Positions 37,353-50,218 are shown, numbered from the whole stretch's first letter. The stretch: 63,112 nucleotides of DNA, filler included, from Rhabdomonas costata (GCA_019059605.1; 41 parts of 41 records of this genome joined end to end with filler, not necessarily neighbours in it); one strand, 5' to 3'. Numbers and translations: made by a program. Notes: generated from the letters alone by a model not told the origin.

Positions 37353-37423
37353 GTGACTTTGTTCACCTGATGAGGCTGGTATGCCGAAACAGTGCCGTAT
37401 TGCTGTCGTGACTGTAGGGTCGC
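37353..37423 (+). ncRNA. Type I hammerhead ribozyme; predicted cleavage after C37407
   Basis: Core CTGATGA 37367-73. Stem II GGC/GCC with a 6-nt loop. GAAA 37386-89. Stem III ACAGTG/TGCTGT. GUC triplet 37405-07. Stem I TCAC/GTGA, then an internal loop and a distal helix GTGACTTT/AGGGTCGC. Confidence 0.85.
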
Positions 37424-38839
37424 CTTTCCCTTTTTAGCTTCTACTTGTTGTGGTCGGTGTCGGTCTTGGTTTCCGTTGTTTATTGAGTTCTTTCACCTCA
37501 TGCATGGAGCATACGAGCGCATGCGAGCATGCGACCATCAAAAACAAGCATTTTTACTCCCATCACCCATACATCATGGCATGTAAGATTGTATCATAAT
37601 GGTCTTACGTTAAACCTCACATATTCACCAGTAGGTGGTTGGAGGAATGGTCACCATGTTGGTGGCCATGCCAAAAAGATGTAGTGGTGCCACTATGGTG
37701 TAGATGGTAGGGTATGCTACTGAATCAGCGTGTCCCTGTTGGGCCTTGATGGTGTGTGGTAAGTGGTATGCATGATGCTGGTGATTATGGGCTGCATCTT
37801 GGGTTCTGAGTTCGATGATGATGGTACGTAGGACTGGGCACGCAGTCGAGCCGTACGTAGTAGACTGACATTGAGGTCACACCACACGAACCCACGCAAT
37901 CACCCGCAACGTGCGTGCACTCTAATAACCAGCAACCACAGCGAATTAACCCAAAGCAACAACGGAACGAAGCACCACAACCCCGACACCAGAAGGCCGA
38001 ACCCGAAGACATTCCAAGCACCGCAAGCAGAGGAACCTATGGCTGAACCCTGACACCACAACCACATGACCACCAATGAAACCACACTGACCCACAAAAG
38101 CACCACAAAAGCACAACCAACACCCTTAGCAACACTCACCGTAGCGACGGAACCCAGCAAACAACCGAACCCTGACCCCGAATTCCGAGAAGCAACCACT
38201 ACCCATACGCAAATCCCACACACACACTACCCGTAGTACCAAACCATATGACCCACACGCTGAACCCACACGCACGACCCTCCACACCCTCCAGCACCCG
38301 ACACACAAAGCACCACAACAACCCACATCCAACACCCTCCAACGAACAAACTTGACCTTCCACGCACGAAACACCCTGACACTCAGCACTAACACCCTAC
38401 CCACCGAAGTCCCGAACACCAAGCACTGCATCCAACGCTACACCCACACACCGACACAAACNNNNNNNNNNNNNNNNNNNNNNNNNNNNNNNNNNNNNNN
38501 NNNNNTTAATTAATTAANNNNNNNNNNNNNNNNNNNNNNNNNNNNNNNNNNNNNNNNNNNNTGGTTTGTTTTGTGTGAAGCGCCGCCAGACATAGTTTTT
38601 CATCTTTAGGCAAAGCAAACGAGCATTTTCAGAATGTCAAGGAAAGTCCCAAACAGTTCGATCGTCAAAGCCGACAAGCGTGATCGGTTGCTGGATGGAT
38701 CCTTCAGACCCACGGACACGAACAGGAAACCAACAATACTGAACCAGGGTCGAACAACCTTCCACCATAGTACGCAAAGGCACCGCCCGGAAGCGGAGAT
38801 GCATGTATTTACGAGAGGCACTCCTTTACCTGTGTACTA

Positions 38840-38990
38840 CGATGCTTACGCTTCATGATGTCTTAGAGATTGTGAATGATGATCGAAAACTGAGGCAATG
38901 GCTCAGCAAATACAAGATTGTTGTGCCTACTGCAGCTGAATGCCCAAGATGTGGTGCGAGAATGCGGTTTGCGGCAGGCTATGGCCATAA
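38840..38990 (+). mobile_element. Possible DNA-transposase N-terminal zinc-ribbon remnant
   Basis: MLTLHDVLEIVNDDRKLRQWLSKYKIV..ECPRCGARM resembles Merlin/IS1595-type N-termini. No DDE core could be recovered. Confidence 0.25.
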
Positions 38991-39373
38991 TACCCCAGTA
39001 TAGCTATTACTCGTGTCCACTGGGATCCCAATAAGAGCTTTTGCAGGGGGTTAGAGGGCGATGCACGTGTTCCGTGGGATTCCAATAGAAGATTTTGCCC
39101 TTTTGAAACTGTGCGAGCACAATGGGGACGGCTATTTTCAGTGATTGTGCCTCTTTTTTCATTCCCTTTATTCAGAAAAAGGGGGTTAGGACACTTTGCA
39201 TGCTTCAGGATTTCCAACAAACAGCATGCAGGGGGTTAGGAAGCCTTGCTCGTGTTCCCACTTAGGGGGAGTACAGTAGTAAAGCTATGCCTTACGAGAT
39301 TGCCACTGTGGCACACGACCTGCCTCCCGTTTGGTTCACTGGTTAACATTATTTTTGTGGGGAGGATTTGGAT

Positions 39374-39391
39374 TAACCCTAACCCTAACCC
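39374..39391. repeat. Interstitial telomere-like (TAACCC)3
   Basis: Read directly from the sequence. Confidence 0.7.
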
Positions 39392-42300
39392 AGCCACCCA
39401 CAAGCGAAGAGAAGAAGCCACGCCAGCAACCGACGCGTGAGCAGATGTGCTGAAACTTCTGTTATCGGCGGTGGACTGCTGGAAACGACCACAACGGGAA
39501 GACACGCCCAAACGTGCACACCCACGCATTCTATCGTCATCTACAACGCAACCCCACCCCACAAGAGCATGGAACAAGCAGAGAATAGTATGGATACAGC
39601 GTGTACTGCAATGCAGAACAATCCAGCGCGTGGGGGAAAGGGGTGATAACACCTGTACATCCGTAAGCATCTGTACAACGAGAGAAGGGTCCCTCAAACT
39701 GCACTGCCCCCCACCCTCCAATCTAACTGCACAAAAGACGATAGGTCGAGTCCAAACAATGTGGCCCAATCGCAGGGAGGGCCAGCTTGACGGCGGTGTT
39801 TCCCGCCGCCCTTGCGGGGCATCCCGAAAGACCCACCCGCGGGGCTTCCTGGGGACGGCCACCAGCCCGCCTTCCTGCAAACACTTTTAGGAGCTTGAAC
39901 CTGGTTCACTGCCAAAGACCCCAGGCCCGCTATTTTTTGCAATACCAGTACCTGTACCACAGCTTCCCTTACCCTTTCTCCCTTCTTCTCACCCCCACCN
40001 NNNNNNNNNNNNNNNNNNNNNNNNNNNNNNNNNNNNNNNNNNNTTAATTAATTAANNNNNNNNNNNNNNNNNNNNNNNNNNNNNNNNNNNNNNNNNNNNG
40101 TTGTTTGTGCAAATCACAATACAATTACACAAACCTAGTGAAAGGCTTCAACATCGCTGGAATTTCCAACACTCCAGCACCGACGAGAGTGAGCAGCGCA
40201 ACCTGCGTATGGGCCAAACGGGCGCAAAATCCCTGGCCCCAGTCGTTTCCCTTTCCCCAAAACCCGTACAAGTAGATGGAGAGAACCATGCAGATAAGCT
40301 ATGGAAGGAGGGGGAGGGAACGAGTCGAAGCCAAAAGTGGTAGTCGTACACATCTGCGTGATTCAATCTCAAACCTCATGTTGGAGCCACGGAGAGGCAA
40401 AGCCCCAAAATAGTACAGCGCGCACTGGCCTTCCCCTTAGAGATCATCGGCATAGCGCAGCAGATGCCACTGCGATGGACCCAGGTAGGGAGGCAGCAGT
40501 AGGGTTCAGTAGGAGCAAGGCCGGAATTCCAATGACCAGATCTGAGCTGCTCTGAGGCCCAATGATGTGCCACAGAATTGGGGCAAAGTGGCACCTTGAA
40601 TGGGACAAACAGAAAAGAAATCCCTCCACAACAAAGCTACTATACTTGTCTCTGCGGACACTCACACCGCCGAAGGCACAAATTGGGAGTGCATAAATAA
40701 AATTCACCGGACAAATGTTACCGAGAATGTCATACCTCAACCCGTACACTCTTTTCTTACCTTAAGGGTCGCAGTTGCGCAGGGGCTGGCCCCCTCCCCA
40801 TAATCACGTCCATTAGTCTTGGGGCCCAGACAACGTGAAACATTCAAAACGCACATTACAAAGACCAGCAACACAATCGCGGCGGCGTATATCGCCGCCG
40901 CAATTACCACTAAGATAGCGTGACAGGAACAGTCCAAAACCCTTAATGAGGTGGGGGGGGGGGTTCAGCTGCAACTCGTAGCCCATCATGCGACACGCTG
41001 CAAGGGAACTGCTTGAGCTGCCTCACAACTGGTTGGTGACGGAAGAGCGTTCGCCTCTTCAAGCAACCGGTATCTCAGCACAACCACACCCATACCCACA
41101 CCCACGCAAACGCACGAACTCACCGCCGTCGACCGCTGTGGGGCGTGGAAGCCCGAGCGCCCTTTGGTATAGTGCCGCACCGCACATGTGGCAGGCAAGG
41201 GTGGCAAACGGGAGCCCACACTGCCACGGCCACTGCGGTTGCCTGGTGGCGGCTGCAACAGATCGATTACAGGGTGGGTCACCCCAGCTAGTGCGAGGGT
41301 ACCAGCCGCAGGCCCAGGCCGCAGCTGAGCACTACCGCAGGGAGGGCCGGTCAAGCTGAACCGGTGGCACAGTACGAGCTCACACAGATAGGCCCACTGG
41401 GAGGGCGCAACGAAGACCTCTGCCCAAACCTATGCCGTGAGAGAAGCAAGGCATCAGGAGCAGCAGCGTAGAAAGCTTTGAGCGCAATGCAAAGGGGCCG
41501 TTCAAATTAGCGCCGTTACCTCGAGAAACACCCCCCCNNNNNNNNNNNNNNNNNNNNNNNNNNNNNNNNNNNNNNNNNNNNTTAATTAATTAANNNNNNN
41601 NNNNNNNNNNNNNNNNNNNNNNNNNNNNNNNNNNNNNTGGGCGCAGATATGCGTTGGTGAGCTGCAATGGTCACTCGCTGGAAGGGGGGGGGCAGATCAG
41701 AAATTAGCACGGACTCTTTTGGGACTCTTTTTTTAATGCATCGGTCGGCCAGCCCAGTAGAGGAGTGCCCAGAAAGTAGAAAAACCACTGCACACGCAGG
41801 GAGAGAGGGATACCGAGGGCAGTCTTGAAAATGACTTCATTCGCTTCAGCGTGTTCGGTTGAGGCCTGAAAGAAAAAACCAGGAGCGGAGAAAAATAACC
41901 ACTGATGGCTGAGCTGGGCAGGGCGTCAGTTTATGAAAGGCACAGAAAAGGCACGCAGATTTCCATGAGGGCCCAGGACCTCTGCATCCTCGTGAAGGGC
42001 AATCCTTGGTGTTTGTTGCACGGCATTCGGACCCGGTAAAACCGCGGAAGACATAATGTCGTTTATATCTCGTCGTCCAATTAACCAGAGCTACCTACAA
42101 AGAGAGAGCTTCCTCCATCCCGTGAATTGCCAGATCACAGAATGTGCCCTGCAGCGGTTCACGGTCCATGATCACTGACACTGCTGTTAGCGTAGGTGTG
42201 CCATCACGACACGCCGGACGCACGCACACAGATCCTCAAGATAAAGCGGCACCCCAGCTGATCATGGAGAAGACGTTCTTCTTCTGTGTTCGCTTTACCA

Positions 42301-42812
42301 CAATACTGGTGCCGTGGTCTTCTTGGACTGGTGCTTTACGGAAGGACTCAACTGAAGATAAAAGCTTTCTTCCAGGAGACAAAAATAATGGCTTTCTGAA
42401 AACACGGGCAACTCCGATGGATTGGACCGACATCGATAACGCGCCACCACACGCGCGAGCGGTTCACAGGCTGAATAGTACTGCATTGTGTTCCCAGGGA
42501 AGTGTGCGCGAGCTTTCGGACCGTTAAAGCACGTTGGCAAAAGATGGTTGAAGTCACACACACGCAAAACTTTGTGCATTTGGCCAGGGCCACTTTTTTC
42601 TGGGGAAAGAGACTCGCTTTTCCCTTTCCTCAAATGGGCTCCCCACCCTCCCTCCGACTGGGCAAGGGCCCATCGGGCCTCACCCCCTTCTCAGTCCACC
42701 TCACGCCTCGCAACACTCTCCTGACTCGCAGGGTTGGCGTCCCCCTCGGGACCTACACCCGATGGTGAACGCGGGGCCTTGAGGAATCACACACAGCAAC
42801 GCACACACGCAC

Positions 42813-42933
42813 CCCGGAACGAAGACTCGGACTTCGCGGTGCAGGAAGCCCTTCTGGAGGACAAACCTCAGCCCAGTCGGGTCCATGATATGAATCACGG
42901 GGTGCATCGGGTGGCCCACCTCAGGGCGAAGCT
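42813..42933 (-). CDS. Possible internal exon of a hypothetical protein
   Basis: AG/GT-bounded ELRPEVGHPMHPVIHIMDPTGLRFVLQKGFLHREVRVFVP. Confidence 0.3.
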
Positions 42934-43385
42934 CTGTTAGTATTGTGTGGTGAAAAGCCCCCCTCCCCATCCACTGGCTTGTCTTACGGAGTGTAAGCGT
43001 TATTTCGGTTGTCGAAATGTTGACGTTATGCTGTTATTTATTTTTCGTTTTTGTGAGTTGGCAATCCTTCTTGCNNNNNNNNNNNNNNNNNNNNNNNNNN
43101 NNNNNNNNNNNNNNNNNNTTAATTAATTAANNNNNNNNNNNNNNNNNNNNNNNNNNNNNNNNNNNNNNNNNNNNTTTGTGTCCTTGGTGTCCTTGTCGTT
43201 TTGTTGTTATTTTTTGCGTCACAGTAATAGAGGTTTCGGATTTCTAAAGGTTCAATGAAATCCCCACCGATGGCTTCGGCGTAACAGCCCAAATTGAGGA
43301 TGCCACATTGATTGCCTGTCGCAGCCGGTTTATCTTCAGAACGGAGAGCAAGGGTGCGTATGCTTTGCCTTGCGCATTTTTAAAG

Positions 43386-43550
43386 GCTGTCTCCAGGGAT
43401 ATCGGGGAGAACCTTACTGACGAGGAGCTTATGGAGATGCTCGAGTTCGCCACCCGTGGACGTCCCAAGGACCGGAAAGACAAGGTTGATCCACGGTGTA
43501 TCACCGAGGAAGAGTTTATGAGGCTCATGAAGAAATGCAACTTGTACTGA
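43386..43550 (+). CDS. Divergent centrin, last exon
   Basis: AVSRDIGENLTDEELMEMLEFA..ITEEEFMRLMKKCNLY* matches the centrin C-terminus. Confidence 0.85.
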   Translation, partial: AVSRDIGENLTDEELMEMLEFATRGRPKDRKDKVDPRCITEEEFMRLMKKCNLY

Positions 43551-46262
43551 CTGTGGTGGCAGCTGTGCATTTTGACTCTATTTGCTCTGATCTGCATGTC
43601 TTTTCGTGTCTTTTCGTACCCCATTGCATTGTATTTCCTGCCCATTGTACTTTTTGTGCAAATGCACAAATCTCCAAGCTGGTGCGATAGAGGAAAGAAG
43701 GGACGGAGATTGTATTATGATTATTTTCCAGCGAGAGAGAATGGTAGTAAATAAAGTTTGGAGGTTTGCGTGACAAAGGCCTCCCTTTTTTAAGTTCATA
43801 TCAGATATCAGTTTTTTCTTGTAAAACCCTGGCCAAATGATATCCCTGCTTTTATTTAGTTTATTTCATGGCGCCCATTGATCAGGTATATGTAAGGCTA
43901 GTCCACCACAAAACTGAGAGATTAGTGTGTAACATTCCGAACAGAAGTCTCTTTGCCCTGTTTTTACGCCGATGTTCTCAAAAGTGTAGTCTACGTGGAG
44001 ATGAGCGCAGCCACTAGATGAGTGTTTGGCCTGGGAGGCAAGATATGTTATGGAAGCGAGCTTTGCCCGCCGAAGGCGCGGGATTTTTAGGAGTACATTT
44101 CCTGTTCTTTCAGACTTTTAGGTCCACAGTACAAAGGCTTTGTCCTGAATCGCCGCGGAGAGGCGCAGGGGCAAACAAGGAAACACGGGTCCGTAGAGGA
44201 AGAAGCTGGGGAAGGTGTAATTAGTGGTTTTGCCACGGGGCGGGTGGAACTGCGCGGCTGGTTCACCTAGAACCCTAAGGATGTGGTCAACGCGTATTTG
44301 CAAAAAAGTCGGAGCATCGAACAGTAAAAATAAATACGGCGAACGGCAAACAGCAAGAACAGCAACGGGTGGTGAAGGAGGACGGATGGGGTCGTACTAA
44401 GTGAGATTATTCATTCGCACACTCGACCCAACCCAACTCAACCCAATCCAACCCAACTCAACCCAATCCAATCCCACCCCGGGCCCTTAGCAGATGTCGG
44501 CACAAAAAAAAACAGGAAGAAGAAACCCAGCGTGGATACGAATGTAGCAATTACCCGAAGGGTTGGATGCACACAGCAGCAACAGGGGCGCAAAAGCACT
44601 AGAGGACAAAACCACANNNNNNNNNNNNNNNNNNNNNNNNNNNNNNNNNNNNNNNNNNNNTTAATTAATTAANNNNNNNNNNNNNNNNNNNNNNNNNNNN
44701 NNNNNNNNNNNNNNNNTCCCGGTGATGACTTGTACGATTTTCATGTTGTTGCGGTTTGACACGAAGTGACGCAAAACAAGCTCCTTTGAAGTATGATGTT
44801 CAGTTTCCTGTTGGAAACTTCCGTTTCACAGAAAGGGTGAAGCATGGTTGCGAAGCGACAGTAGATGACATCAAACCAAGCCAAACCGAAATCCGCTCGA
44901 AAAACTACCGCGGCACTGCAGCAGCAGGGTTTGTTTGAACACTGGCGGGAGCTTCATTAAAAAAAGCTGGGGCACCAAGAAAGCACACAAAGAGCATCAG
45001 AATATATATACACTGCGGACAACGGGACAGGAAGGAAACGAAAGGAAATCATTCAAACTCTCCGTTTGAGAGGCACATCTGCACAAGGGTGCAAGGGGGT
45101 GTTTGTTTGCTGGGGGTATCTGTCGTCTTTTTTTCAGGAGTCTTCCGGGATGCTTCGGGCCTTCCGAGACGCACCGTTTTTGGGGCAAGCATCGAGGACA
45201 CACTGCTTTCTATGAAGGTTCCCTCGTTGTGCAGTCTTCTTTGCGAACACTTTCCGACCAGCGAAGAGGGTCGAAATGTGCCGATTGGGAAAGACGTCTG
45301 CCAGTTTTGGCTGCGCTTTGCAATCAGCGGCACAAGTTATTTTAAAAGGAAGATCCACCAACTCTCAAGGGCCACTGCCACGGAGCGTTTCGAAAAGCCT
45401 CTGTGAGTGCTTTGCCCTTTCGCCAGTTTCGTTTTTCTTCCCCTCTTATTGTTTCCGAAAGAAATTCGATTAAGTTCGCTACAATCAAAAGCCAAGTGCC
45501 GATCTGGGCGCAATAATCTGGCAAGTTCCCATGACCATCGTGCGGTTTTCAAGGTGTCCTATTCGCGGTAAGGTCTTGTCGAGTTTTACGCAGCCATCTC
45601 GATCTGATTTCGCGACTGACCTTCTTTTCCATGTCAAGTGCTAGCTCATGAACACTGTGTTTTAACACTTAACACTCTAAATATAACGGTGAACGGGGTG
45701 CACGCCCTTTGCTAGATTAACAAGAAACTCGTCAATGATTTTATATTTGGATTCCATTCACTTCAACCTGCGTTAATTCAGCTCTCTGGGTTAGATTTGC
45801 TAGAATTGATTGAAAGATTTATGAGTCGCTCGACCTAGGAGCAGAGCACCAACGGATCATCGGCGACTGGGGTTGAAATTCAACGAATGGGTATTTCCCG
45901 TCTTGCTCAGCCTTCTTTTTCCGTCGTTGGTTGCTGCCCACCCAAGGCTCCTCGAAAGAAGGTGGATTCTGCCAAGTTGATCCCCACCAACCTCGCTGGA
46001 TTGAGCTTGCAGGCCAGCTGCCACTATGACACTGGTGAGAACACCTCCCTCTCTCTTCTTGAGTGTTTGTTCCCCTCTGATTATCTGCTTGAAGCCCGTG
46101 TGTTGAGCTTGCGTTGCTGTGGAACGGCCTTTTCAGTGAAGAAAGCAGTGAATATGGNNNNNNNNNNNNNNNNNNNNNNNNNNNNNNNNNNNNNNNNNNN
46201 NTTAATTAATTAANNNNNNNNNNNNNNNNNNNNNNNNNNNNNNNNNNNNNNNNNNNNTGTTG

Positions 46263-46520
46263 GTTGGATTAATCCCCCGCACCCCAGGTGGGAACAAGAA
46301 CGGTGGAATGCCATCGTACCCACCCCCCTGTCCTTGAAAATATACAACAAAAAAGGAAAATAATCAACAACATAAAAGTGCTTAGGTCTTCCTGGAAAAC
46401 GTGTCACGCGGACTACGTTCGAAACCTGTCCCTTTAAAAAATGCTGTGGCAACAGTGGGGTGGGTACTATGGCATTCCACCGTTCTTGTTCCCACCAGGG
46501 GTGCTAGGGATTAATCCAAC
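46263..46520. repeat. 69-bp inverted repeat (46263-46331 / 46452-46520), 5 mismatches; MITE-like
   Basis: Direct reverse-complement comparison. Confidence 0.85.
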
Positions 46521-47799
46521 AGAACTGGTCACACATCCGTCTATTTCTAAGGAAGCCTCTCCGGCAACTTTTGGTTCCATCCTGAGAGATGCGAAATGCG
46601 CACCTCCAAGCTAGGCAAACGACTCCTTGCCTTGGAGGCAGGGAAACCACACGTACACCCGCAAAGCTGATCGAGAGCATGTCGCAACTTTGTCTGCTAC
46701 CGGGTGTGACGATATGGGAGCCTCTTAGGGAATTTTGTGTGGGTGGGTGGCGAATGAAATAATATCCAAACTTTCAAGCTATATAGAAGAGATTTAAACA
46801 CATACACCCATCCACACAAATTAGAAAGCCGAAGCGCAAAAATACCAATTTCCCCCAGGATCCCGTCGGAATCGAAAAAAGACATATAAGGAAACTAAAG
46901 AAGATTTTGTACCAAAACGTCCACAGCATCGGGCCAGCCATCGGCAAGCTCATCCCCTTTTCAACATGTGTGGTTGTAATGTCCTCGGATGCCTCCGCCG
47001 CTGCCTTGTGCTGCTGGGGGTTTCTTGGCTCCGGGATTCTAGGGCTTCGTGGTCCGGCGCTTCCTTTAGAGGTGGTCGTAATCGAGGCGGCTGGTCTCCA
47101 GCTCGTCGTCGGCGAGCCGGAGGCAGCCCTCCGGCAAGGACCTCCCTAAGCACTTCCAATACACGGTGAACACCGAGGACTTTCTGTCTTGGGCACTGGA
47201 TTGACATGTACTCAAGGAGAAGCAAAAGCTGCACAACGCCTTCGCCATCCAGAATGCTCTCATCGCCTTGGGAGAACATGTCACGCCGTTCGTGAAGCTT
47301 CCAGTGGCGCATTATTCGCAGCCAATGCAATTGGACATGGTGAATCACACACAATGTATACTACCATCACGAACCTTGCCACTTTGCAAATATTGCCATA
47401 CAATGCGTTCTCAGATTGCTCCGTTGATCGGACGTTGGGCGGTAGCCGTTCTCCTCGTCATGCGTCGTAGGTAGCGTGTGAGATTGCTTGCGGAGAGCCC
47501 TCAATCATGCTCCAGCTACTTCCGTGGAGTCCAGTACTACTGTAATTTCTCCAACCACTGCATTGCATTGGCAAAGGCCTGGGTTTCCTCTGCATATAAC
47601 TATACGCCGAGTTATCCGTGTGAACTCTTACATATGAACTAAAATGATAATTGATTTTAGTTTTTTCATCATTTAACCTGTCTATTACTACACAAACCCN
47701 NNNNNNNNNNNNNNNNNNNNNNNNNNNNNNNNNNNNNNNNNNNTTAATTAATTAANNNNNNNNNNNNNNNNNNNNNNNNNNNNNNNNNNNNNNNNNNNN

Positions 47800-49240
47800 T
47801 TGCTCTTTGCAGAGGCTTTGACAATTTGCAGGCAGCAGAATGGCGAAAACCATACGAAAGTGGCAACTTGCCTCACAAAACAAGCGGCTTTTCTTCAGAT
47901 GCAAGGCAATTACGCCCCAGCGGAGCCCTTGCTTCTGGAAGCACTGAAGATTTTTCGCCAGCAGCTGGGTGAGGACAACTCTCAGGTGGCATTTGGCTTG
48001 AACAATGTTGCGATTCTGTACATCAACCAAGGCAAGTACTCTGCCGCAGAGCCACTTTATGAAGAAGCCTTGAGGATTCTCAGAAAACACCATGGTGACC
48101 GCCATCCCCAAGTAGCAATGAGTCTGAACAACCTTGCGAATCTGTACAAGGTGCAAGGTAAGTACGCAGCCGCGGAGCCGCTGCACAAGGAAGCCTTGAG
48201 AATTCGTAGGCAGCTGCTTGGCAAGAACCATCCGGATGTGGTGGCCACCCTCAACAATCTAGCAGTTGCTTACCAGGACCAAGGAAAGTTTGCTGAAGCG
48301 GAACCTCTTCTTGAAGAGGCCTTGAAGATCCGAAAGGAACAGCTTGGTGAGGAGCATCCAGAAGTTGCAGGAACTCTGACGAGTCTTGCGAATCTCCGCG
48401 TGGGTCAAGGTAAGTACTCTGCAGCAGGTGCACTATATTTGGAGGCATTGAAGATTCGGAAAATGCAGCTTGGCGACAGTCATCCTGACGTGGCGACTAC
48501 TTTGAACAACCTTGCGTGTCTGTACAGGTCTCAAGGCAAGTATGCCACAGCGGAGCCAGCACAGTTGGATGCCTTGAAGATTCGCAGGCAGCTACTTGGC
48601 GAGGACCATCCAGACGTGGCAGCGAGCATGAACAACCTTGCAATTCTACGCATCGATCAAGGCAAGTATGCTGCTGCGGAGCCGCTTTATAAAGAGGTTC
48701 TGAGAATTGAGAGGAAGCTGCTTGGTGATGACCATCCTTCCGTCGCGAATAGCCTCAACAATCTGGCCACTCTGTACAAGGCCCAAGGCAAGTACGCCGC
48801 GGCAGAGCCATTGCATAAAGAAGCTATGCGGATTCGGAGGCAACAGTTTGGCAATGACCATCCAGCTGTGGCAATTAGCCTGAACAATCTTGCGAATATT
48901 TACAGTAGCATGGACAGGTATGCTGAAGCGCAGCTTTTGCATGAAGAGGCTCTAAGAATTCGAAGGCAGCATCTTGGGGATGACCATCCGGACGTGGCTC
49001 AGTCTCTCAATAATTTGGGAGACCTATACCGGAAGCAAGGCAAGTTTATTTTAGCGGAGCCTCTGCTTCAGGAAGCCTTGAGAATTCGAAAACAGAAGCT
49101 TGGCGATGATCATCCAAAGGTGGCGTCGACGTTGAACAACATTGCCAGCCTGTATACAGCGCAAGGCAACCTCGCCGCGGCGGAACCACTTCAAGAAGAG
49201 TCCCTGAGAATTTGGCAGCATCAGCTAGGTCCCAACCAAC
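47800..49240 (+). CDS. TPR protein with 42-aa kinesin-light-chain/nephrocystin-3-type repeats, partial and intronless
   Basis: About 11 repeats of HPxVAxSLNNLAxLYxxQGKYAAAEPLxxEALxIRRxxLG; open across the whole contig. Confidence 0.95.
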
Positions 49241-49346
49241 NNNNNNNNNNNNNNNNNNNNNNNNNNNNNNNNNNNNNNNNNNNNTTAATTAATTAANNNN
49301 NNNNNNNNNNNNNNNNNNNNNNNNNNNNNNNNNNNNNNNNGGGGGT

Positions 49347-49767
49347 GTGTCATTCGTTACAACGATGCTAAACGACATATCGTAGTAACGCGGTGATGGG
49401 TGAGAAGTAACCGGGATAACAAGGTCTTACGACCATGTGGTAAATCAGCTCTGCTGAGATCTCCGCCACCCCCAGTACACCCCAAGTAGCTCTCAAACTT
49501 GGAGGAAATTGGGAGGCGGGGGTACGCTCACGCTAGAGCGTGGAATACAATAAAATATCCCATTTTTGCACCCAATTACTCATTCACCCAAATGTGAATG
49601 CGTTTGTCCTGTGCCACCAGCTATGGTCTAAGGGATTAGAGGCAGAGACCATGCCCAAGGCAAGGGCCTGAGAAAGATCGAGGAAGGGTCAAAACGAAGT
49701 TCAAGTTTTCTCACCCATCACCGCGTTACTACGATATGTCGTTTAGCATCGTTGTAACGAATGACAC
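49347..49767. repeat. Perfect 60-bp inverted repeat (49347-49406 / 49708-49767) enclosing about 300 bp; MITE-like
   Basis: Direct reverse-complement comparison. Confidence 0.9.
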
Positions 49768-50218
49768 TCCTCCCATCACCAAAAAAAAGGTGCCCCATAA
49801 CTGCGCACGTTGTCGTTGCCACCTGTTTTGTCAGCGAGGCATGCCCTCTGGGCTCAGTTGGGGAACAATTTTCCTGGGTTCAACAATGCATCTCTCTGAT
49901 GGGACGTGATACCTACTCGTCATCGACTCGGATTCGATCGTACCGCTTCTCTAAGGATTGTTGCCACCTGTCAAGTAAAGTGGGGACCCCATCTTCAGAA
50001 TCTCGGCGATCTCGGTGAGCAGCAGTTGTTCCTATCATTGACTCGAGGATGCCGACAACAGGCCGAGAAGGGGGAGGATGCTACTGAGGAGGGAGGACGC
50101 CAATGTGGGTCTGTTCGTGTGAAACCAGCGGCCACTCAAGGCGCCTTATTCGTTTGTTTGTGTGGGCGTCATGGGTGCGTATGCGCATGGACAATAAAAT
50201 ACAGCGATCTCACTTTAC

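Noticed and set aside
40988-41359. ORF vaguely like a LINE C-terminal zinc-finger region (similar impression near 60466-60657)
   Set aside because: No diagnostic motif is intact, so it cannot be supported without a search.
47150-47400. Possible hAT transposase remnant next to the 46263-46520 inverted repeat
   Set aside because: The similarity is too weak and no catalytic motif is recognisable.
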